The translations under genes and the position numbers were made by a program. Source: a virus. Taken from it: 64,000 nucleotides of DNA. Below, piece after piece: positions 58,417 through 64,000 of this stretch (its first letter is position 1; each line of letters starts with the position of its first letter). The DNA lies in IMG/VR virus record IMGVR_UViG_3300044837_000078, positions 2,637 through 66,636 of that record; one strand, 5' to 3'. The notes beneath the pieces were generated by a model that was not told where the DNA came from, ran no database searches, and worked only from the letters and a program-made list of their open reading frames with translations.

Positions 58417-59148
58417 ATGCGCAAGCTTGGTATGATCGGAAAGACGTTTGATAGATGGACAGTCGTCAGCGAAGCGGACAAGCGCGGTCGCTTGCATCTT
58501 TACTGGAATTGTGTTTGCAAATGCGGAGCTACTAAGGAAGTTCTCGGCAGTGATCTTCGCAGAGGCCGCAGCCGAAGTTGCAGCTGCATACGAGTTGAAA
58601 TCGCTGCACCGTACTTAAAGCCGACGCCGAAAGCCAAACTAGTCGGCCAGCGTTTTGGGAGACTTCTTGTCACCGGAGAAGCGGATTCTGTCCGCTTGCC
58701 ATGCGGGACTTTTGTAACCCGTTTTTTCGTCCGGTGTGACTGCGGAGTAGAAAAGATCGTACAACGCAGCGGACTTTCTAATGGCGACACGAAAAGCTGC
58801 GGCTGCTGGCTGACGGAAGTAAGACGACGGCCGAAGAAGCACGGCGAAATCATGGTAGGGAAGCCGACGGCTGAATACACCGCCTGGCAGGGCATGAAGC
58901 AGCGATGCAATAATCCAAATGATAAGAAATTCAAACACTACGGCGGTCGCGGCATCACCGTCTGCGCGCGCTGGCTCGATAGTTACCAAAACTTCCTCGC
59001 CGACATGGGCCGGCGTCCGTCTGCCGATCATTCAATCGATCGCTACCCCGACAACGACGGCAACTATGAGCCTAATAACTGTCGATGGGCGACGCCGAGC
59101 GAGCAGAACTTCAATAAACGCCCGTACAGCCAGACCAAAGCCGCCTAA
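58417..59148 (+). CDS. Free-standing HNH-type homing endonuclease
   Basis: Two G..F.R..V...W.C.C.CG...L..G.S.SCGC repeats; W..MK.RC, YGGRGI.VC.RW, SIDR..DNDGNYEP.NCRWAT..EQ..N. Confidence 0.88.
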   Translation: MRKLGMIGKTFDRWTVVSEADKRGRLHLYWNCVCKCGATKEVLGSDLRRGRSRSCSCIRVEIAAPYLKPTPKAKLVGQRFGRLLVTGEADSVRLPCGTFVTRFFVRCDCGVEKIVQRSGLSNGDTKSCGCWLTEVRRRPKKHGEIMVGKPTAEYTAWQGMKQRCNNPNDKKFKHYGGRGITVCARWLDSYQNFLADMGRRPSADHSIDRYPDNDGNYEPNNCRWATPSEQNFNKRPYSQTKAA

Positions 59149-59575
59149 GACCTCTTCGCTTTCATACCGAGCGCGCGGAACATGCCGAGCAGGCCACCGG
59201 CCGTACCGGCCACGGCCGGCGGCGGCGGATCGTTCTTGATCCGGACGTAGAATTCATCGATCAACGTGAGGCCCGCGAACTGCCACGGCTCGATATCGAG
59301 CCGTGCCATCCGTGCCCAAGACTCGATGCGTTCCGGCGAGATGTGCAGCGACCGCGACTTGACCTGCCAGCCGAGCCGGCCGTCCGGCATCTGCACCGGC
59401 TCGGTCAGCCGCGAATACTCGCGCAAGACGTTGAGATGATTGAACCAGCGCCAGACCTGGCGCAGCGGCTGCGGCAGATTGGGCTTTTCCGCTGGTACGA
59501 CGTGGGCGCCGTGGCCCAGCGCCACCATGATCTCGACCTCGGCGAAGCGGACTATTTGTTCGCAGAGGTCGGCAT
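59145..59575 (-). CDS. Tail assembly chaperone, frameshifted (gpT) part
   Basis: VW.WF..L...R, I....IE.WA...PW motifs. The frame is open upstream of ATG 59528 to the slippery site. Confidence 0.75.
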
Positions 59576-59992
59576 AAAATTCAGCCGGTTGGTCGCCCTG
59601 ACCGACATCTGCTCGGCGATTTCCGGAAAGCGCTGATAGAGAATTCTGGCATTGACCTTGGAAAATGCCAGCGGCTTGCCGTCCAGTTCGACATTGTCGG
59701 TCCAGCCTTCGGTCAGAAGCACCAGGTCGTCGACGATATCCTGCTCACGCATTTGCCAGTTATATTCGACCACTTCGCCCTTCTTGGCATCGGCATCCAA
59801 CGCCTTTCGCGCGGCCTGGCGTTCCTCCACCGCGCTCTTGATGCGGGAGGCATCGCCGCCCGATATCTTGATCTTGATCTCGCTGCCCGCATCGTCCTTG
59901 AGCGGTTCACCTGTCTTGGGATGCAGCACCGGGAAGAACACGCCTTCCTCGGCGTATTTGCGAGTCTCAATCACACCTAAGTCAAACCCCAC
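59552..59992 (-). CDS. Tail assembly chaperone (gpG-like)
   Basis: LHPKTGEPL, I.G.D, GW..V..DG.PL.FS..NA..LY..FP.I..Q...NF. Confidence 0.85.
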   Translation of the reverse strand: MGFDLGVIETRKYAEEGVFFPVLHPKTGEPLKDDAGSEIKIKISGGDASRIKSAVEERQAARKALDADAKKGEVVEYNWQMREQDIVDDLVLLTEGWTDNVELDGKPLAFSKVNARILYQRFPEIAEQMSVRATNRLNFMPTSANK

Positions 59993-60010
59993 GTCGTCCT
60001 CCTGTGAAAT

Positions 60011-60054
60011 GCAAAAAAGAGCGCCGCGCCCCGATCAAACAGGGACGCGGCGCC
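60011..60054 (-). terminator. Terminator after the tail tube gene
   Basis: Minus strand GGCGCCGCGTCCC...GGGGCGCGGCGCT followed by CTTTTTT. Confidence 0.6.
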
Positions 60055-60063
60055 TAACTGTGT

Positions 60064-60528
60064 TTAGGTCGCGGCGACTTCGAGGAAGGTGGCCGCGTTG
60101 ATGCCGAGCTGGATCGTGGCCATCACCGCGGCACTCGTTGTGAACGGGCCGGTCTGGTAGCTCATCACCTTGGCCTTGAAATAGATGATTGTGCCGTGCG
60201 ATCCCGTGGTTTCCGACGAGTCGTTCAGCGTGACTTTGAAGTTGAAATCGAGATGCGAGGCCAGCGCGGCGATGCAGGCCGCCTGGCCGCCATCGGAGGC
60301 CTTGCGGCCGAGACCGAGCTGCGGACTGCCGCCCTGACCGATCGCCTTGAAGAAGCGCTCGAAACCGTCCGCGAGCGCCGCAAACGTAATCGAGGTATAG
60401 GAAAGGCCGATCGGGGGAATGGTGACGACCTCGGCGATATCGGTATAGCTGTCGGTCAACTGGTTGGAAGCCGTGGTGCCGATCGCAATCGTGCAACCAA
60501 GGCCGGCATTGACGAGGCCTGCGGTCAT
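60064..60528 (-). CDS. Major tail tube protein
   Basis: 154 aa, I.EV..I..IG, D.GQ, YF.AKVMS; upstream of the chaperones. Confidence 0.8.
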   Translation of the reverse strand: MTAGLVNAGLGCTIAIGTTASNQLTDSYTDIAEVVTIPPIGLSYTSITFAALADGFERFFKAIGQGGSPQLGLGRKASDGGQAACIAALASHLDFNFKVTLNDSSETTGSHGTIIYFKAKVMSYQTGPFTTSAAVMATIQLGINAATFLEVAAT

Positions 60529-60616
60529 GGTGGTGATCCTTTCTTAGACGAAAACTGGACATGGGAAAGCGGCACGGCCGCGGACGTGCAGGCCCATAGG
60601 CTTGCAGTGGATGATT

Positions 60617-61024
60617 TCAGCTTGGGAAGTTGCGCCAGGAGACGGTGATCGGCGCATGGAGAGCGTCGGGTTGCTGCAGCAAGGGACCGCGCTGCGCGTA
60701 GTAGATCGAAACCCGCGTCGTGCCCTTGAACAGACTGTGATTAAGCGGGAAGGCGTCGACCACGGCGTCGGCGACTGCATCGATTGTCGCGGTGCCCTTG
60801 TCGATCGGATAGAACAGATCGACCTGAAACAACCCGCCAGTGATCTTGCTCAAGCCGTCGAGCGAGAACGGCTGGCGCGAATTGTTGAGCAGCGTCATCC
60901 GCGCCCAGGGCACCCCTAACACCGGGCTGAAACCAACGCCCTCATAGTCAACCGAAGTTGGAAAGCCTGCGGCAGACGCTGCCTTTAGCTGCAGCGCCCC
61001 CCTGATGTCGGCGATCAAACTCAT
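60617..61024 (-). CDS. Tail terminator protein
   Basis: F.P....PWAR, G.FQVD.FYP...G, ADAV...F. Confidence 0.75.
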   Translation of the reverse strand: MSLIADIRGALQLKAASAAGFPTSVDYEGVGFSPVLGVPWARMTLLNNSRQPFSLDGLSKITGGLFQVDLFYPIDKGTATIDAVADAVVDAFPLNHSLFKGTTRVSIYYAQRGPLLQQPDALHAPITVSWRNFPS

Positions 61025-61425
61025 GACTGCGATACCCGAACCGCGGCGGCATCTGCGAATTGCTGCGCCCGGTCGATCACGCCGCGCACAAAGGCGCGCG
61101 GGCGCATGTGCTGTGTGCCGAACTCGACGAACACGGCATAGTTGGCGCCGTTGGTGGCATTGTAGACGTCGCCGATTTTCAGATCGGCCAGCGTCAGGTT
61201 CATCCGGGCGATAGCTGCGGCTCCGGACGGATCAGGCTGACCGGCGCCGTCAGGCGCGCTGTTCAATCCGGCGTACCATGAGCCGCGCAGAAAGCCGGTC
61301 TTGAACGGCGTTTCCGTCACCACCGCTTCGTTGATGTCCTGGATCACCTCGACTGCGAATTCTGTGATCTTGCCGTTGAGCTTTTCGAACTGCGCATCGT
61401 CGAGCTTGAAGTCGATCTTGATCAT
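61021..61425 (-). CDS. HK97 gp10-like tail completion protein
   Basis: TP..TG.LR.SW, N...YA..VEFGT..M.PR.FVR. Confidence 0.85.
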   Translation of the reverse strand: MIKIDFKLDDAQFEKLNGKITEFAVEVIQDINEAVVTETPFKTGFLRGSWYAGLNSAPDGAGQPDPSGAAAIARMNLTLADLKIGDVYNATNGANYAVFVEFGTQHMRPRAFVRGVIDRAQQFADAAAVRVSQS

Positions 61426-62027
61426 TTGCGGATTTGCAAAACATAGAGGTACGGCGTGCCGCCTAACTCGCCGGTCTTGAACGGCAGGACCGCGTAACGC
61501 TCCGCAGCCGCGATGGTCCACGCCGCGTGTGTGCCGGCGCCAAAGGACACATCCGCTTCGATTGTCAGCGACGTGCCGGCGTAGGCCGTCACAAGGCCCT
61601 CCATGTAATTGTCGGCGTCATAGGTTGCCCGAACCACTGAGCCGACCGGCCACGATTTACCAGCCTGCGTGACAAAGACTTTTGCGCCGCCGCCGATGGC
61701 GAGAGATGATGCGCTTGTGCCGCGAAACGCGCTAAGTGTCTGAGGAACGATCAGGCCGTCAGTTTCCTCCGGCACCGTGCCGAGGTTGAGGGATTTCAGT
61801 ATGCACTTGCGGTCGCCCTGGCGGATTAAAGTGCCGTTGATGAGCGAGTCCTTGTATCCGAGGATCAAGCCGCGTGACGAATAGTCGGTGACTGTCGCCG
61901 CTGCCGTCGCGCCGGTAGCCGGATCATAGGCTCCCGCCACGGTCCGGCGCAGCGTGACGTTGCGACCGAAGTCCGGATCGTCAAGGACTTCCGCGATGTC
62001 GCTGGATAGATCATCTGCCAGCGCCAT
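61422..62027 (-). CDS. Head-closure protein with an inserted beta domain
   Basis: FG..VTL.R...G.YDP.TG, I.GT.I..GD.K and C-terminal Y.LQIR, with an internal ~75-aa insertion. Confidence 0.75.
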   Translation of the reverse strand: MALADDLSSDIAEVLDDPDFGRNVTLRRTVAGAYDPATGATAAATVTDYSSRGLILGYKDSLINGTLIRQGDRKCILKSLNLGTVPEETDGLIVPQTLSAFRGTSASSLAIGGGAKVFVTQAGKSWPVGSVVRATYDADNYMEGLVTAYAGTSLTIEADVSFGAGTHAAWTIAAAERYAVLPFKTGELGGTPYLYVLQIRK

Positions 62028-62452
62028 CAGGGATTGTCCACGTCGTCGACGGTTCCAGCAACGGACGCTCCGGGATAGTCCGACATACCGACCTTGAAGC
62101 GGCTTGGCGTGCGGTCGAGATTGTCGTCGACCGCGTCCATCTCGGATTTGCTGATGCCGAGTACACTAGCCCCGAGCGCGCCGGGGTCGGTCAGTACTGC
62201 CTGCGATCTTAACCGCTGAGCCAGCGCACGGTAATTCGCAGCCTTCTGCGAATTCTGGATGCTCAGGCCTTCGACTGAGAAAGTGACAGAACGCGAGAAT
62301 TTCGCGGCGAGGGCGTCGGCACAAGCTGCGGCAGCGAGTGTGCTGCTGCTGAACGATGCCGTAAGCAATGCGACCTGGTCGTCATCCAACAGCTGATTGG
62401 AATCGTCGGTATCGCCGATCAGGAGCCGGACGAGATCGGTGTTGACGGCCAT
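62027..62452 (-). CDS. Head-tail connector/adaptor
   Basis: VRLLIGDTD...LL.D..V, AAA.CA..LAAKF.R.V. Confidence 0.75.
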   Translation of the reverse strand: MAVNTDLVRLLIGDTDDSNQLLDDDQVALLTASFSSSTLAAAACADALAAKFSRSVTFSVEGLSIQNSQKAANYRALAQRLRSQAVLTDPGALGASVLGISKSEMDAVDDNLDRTPSRFKVGMSDYPGASVAGTVDDVDNP

Positions 62453-62486
62453 GCTATTCCTCAATCACTCGGGCTTGTGGTGGCGG

Positions 62487-63461
62487 TCATGCTGGCGTCA
62501 CGGTCGCTGAGCCACGCACCACGCGCCAATGCGCGCCATCATAGTTTTCGATCAGCAGGTATTGGCCGGTTGCATCGAATGTAATGCTGGCGATGTCGGC
62601 CCCGTCAGCAGCCTTGATATTGCCGGGGGTTAGTGAAGCGATATCGCTGCCCTGCCGGTTGAGCATGAGGATCAGAATTCTGTTGCCGATCAAATCTGCG
62701 CTAAGGGCCTGATCATCGATTGAAAATATCTGCGTTCCACCGCTGTTATCCGTAACAATCTTAATTTCGCGAAATGCAGATGAGGCCACCACAGGATCGG
62801 ACCCCGTGACGCAAGTGGGGGAAGTATTATTGATAAGACCATTGTAAACAACGTCACTGGCAATGGCATTGCCGTCCGAAGTGCCGTCAGTCAGACCCGT
62901 CCCGCCGCCGCCGACGGGCGTTTCGAACCCGACTGTTCCACTTCTCCACGTTGAAACCTGACCGTCCGAGCCGTCACTAGACGGATATCGTTTGTTGATC
63001 CAGTTTGTACTGTTGGCACCGTTCTCCAGCGCGACATACCACTCATAATCTAGCCACACGAAGCTGATGCTGGCGCCGGCGCTGTTGAGTTTTCCGCCAC
63101 TAGAATCACTGACCGCAATGATGTTGCCAACATCGTCAGCGGCTTCGATTGGATCGCCGATTGATCCGGTGAAGACGTGAACACGGTCCCCGCTGCTGGT
63201 TCTGTGTTCAACGATCAGCGTATGGATGGAGCCGTTCTTTTCGTGGTTGAAGCCGTTGCCATCGAGCGTGAACTTTCCGAGGGTCACGTTCTCGGTATCG
63301 TTCGTCCCGCCGGTTGTAATGTAGGTGATATCGACGTTCGGGTCTGCCGTAATTGGAGAGGCACCGGACGTGATATGTTCAACGGTTCCCTTACCCTTGA
63401 TGAGGTTTAGTTTGGCACGAACGCTTGACCCAGATTCTGCATCTGAAATCCAGTCGGTCAT
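62487..63461 (-). CDS. Putative neck/head fibre protein
   Basis: N-terminal I.D.ESG.SVR.KLN anchor motif; beta-rich body. Confidence 0.55.
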   Translation of the reverse strand: MTDWISDAESGSSVRAKLNLIKGKGTVEHITSGASPITADPNVDITYITTGGTNDTENVTLGKFTLDGNGFNHEKNGSIHTLIVEHRTSSGDRVHVFTGSIGDPIEAADDVGNIIAVSDSSGGKLNSAGASISFVWLDYEWYVALENGANSTNWINKRYPSSDGSDGQVSTWRSGTVGFETPVGGGGTGLTDGTSDGNAIASDVVYNGLINNTSPTCVTGSDPVVASSAFREIKIVTDNSGGTQIFSIDDQALSADLIGNRILILMLNRQGSDIASLTPGNIKAADGADIASITFDATGQYLLIENYDGAHWRVVRGSATVTPA

Positions 63462-63700
63462 GCCGCGTCCTTCCACATTGAAGCATCATCCCAGGCGCCG
63501 GAATCGTTCCATGCGCCGGATGACAAAATCCAGTTGTCGCCTCCCCCGCCTCCATCGATGTCCTCGCCGATGTCCGGCGGCGTCCATTGCTTGCGGTGAT
63601 GCGAGGTGATCGCCTGTGCCAAATCGGGTGAAAGCCATGGCTTCGGATTGCCGCTCTCGATCGACTGCCGGATATCTGGCGAGTGCCACGTTTTGATCAT
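63458..63700 (-). CDS. Small Trp-rich virion protein
   Basis: Three W.(S/P)PD(I/L).(Q/E).I repeats and WIL..G.WND.G.W.D...W.D. Confidence 0.55.
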   Translation of the reverse strand: MIKTWHSPDIRQSIESGNPKPWLSPDLAQAITSHHRKQWTPPDIGEDIDGGGGGDNWILSSGAWNDSGAWDDASMWKDAA

Positions 63701-64000
63701 GCCGCGATCTTCCGGTCGATGACCATCTGCAGATATTCCTTCGCCAGCCCCGATCTCATCTCGTCCACCGTGAACTGTTGCGCCATCAGGCTGTCAAACC
63801 AGCGCGCGCGGTCGGGCATGTCGGGTGTTTCCAGTTTTGCCAGATCGAGGTTGCCGACCGGTGCGGCCGGACAGGTCGGCGCGACGAATACCGGGATGCC
63901 CATCAGCACCGCATCAACTGCGACGTTGCTGGAGTGGGTCACCAGCGCCCAGCAGTTGCGCAGATCATCAGCTAGCGGCGTCTTGCTCAATCGGTCGCGT
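63697..64000 (-). CDS. KpsC/KpsS-like (GT-B) glycosyltransferase, C-terminal fragment
   Basis: L..DL.....LVT.SSN.AV.A...GIPVF...L...QFT..E..SG; the ORF extends beyond the window. Confidence 0.6.
   Translation of the reverse strand, partial: RDRLSKTPLADDLRNCWALVTHSSNVAVDAVLMGIPVFVAPTCPAAPVGNLDLAKLETPDMPDRARWFDSLMAQQFTVDEMRSGLAKEYLQMVIDRKIAA

Larger units (their letters stand above)
1..64000. mobile_element. Temperate siphovirus genome, near-complete and circularly permuted, alphaproteobacterial host
   Basis: Full set of terminase, portal, capsid, tail, lysis, cI/cro, recombination and integrase genes with no host housekeeping genes. attP is internal, and head genes at the left end continue logically into neck genes at the right end. 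Confidence 0.95.

Overview
The window is almost a whole temperate siphovirus genome, apparently circularly permuted, from an alphaproteobacterial host. The host assignment is inferred from GcrA- and GapR-like genes and a GTA-like tail tip. Minus strand 22.6 kb to 1 carries Cro, CII-like, GcrA, RuvC-like, Dam, primase-helicase, DUF5131, Csp, terminase, portal, head genes and glycosyltransferase-like genes. Plus strand 22.6-43.8 kb carries the CI repressor, an early operon (YqaJ/RecT, HerA-like ATPase, HNHs, ParB remnant, Dcm), xis/integrase and an intact attP whose core is a tRNA 3' end. Minus strand 64-44 kb carries neck, tail and lysis genes. The main finding is at 30.1-31.9 kb. A nuclease-less IS110/Nop-domain gene (TasA-like) is flanked on both sides by 8 stem-closed units of the form CCA-9 nt-TG-loop-CCA-9 nt-TG, each with unique 9-nt spacers. 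This matches a TIGR-type dual-spacer guide RNA array, and 6 of the 8 units lie inside open reading frames. Other points: a probable virion glycosylation cluster, a split prohead protease, GGACATC iterons at three loci, a -1 tail-chaperone frameshift, and a fibre-type domain inserted in a head-closure protein. All family assignments come from motif recognition by eye; no database searches were run.
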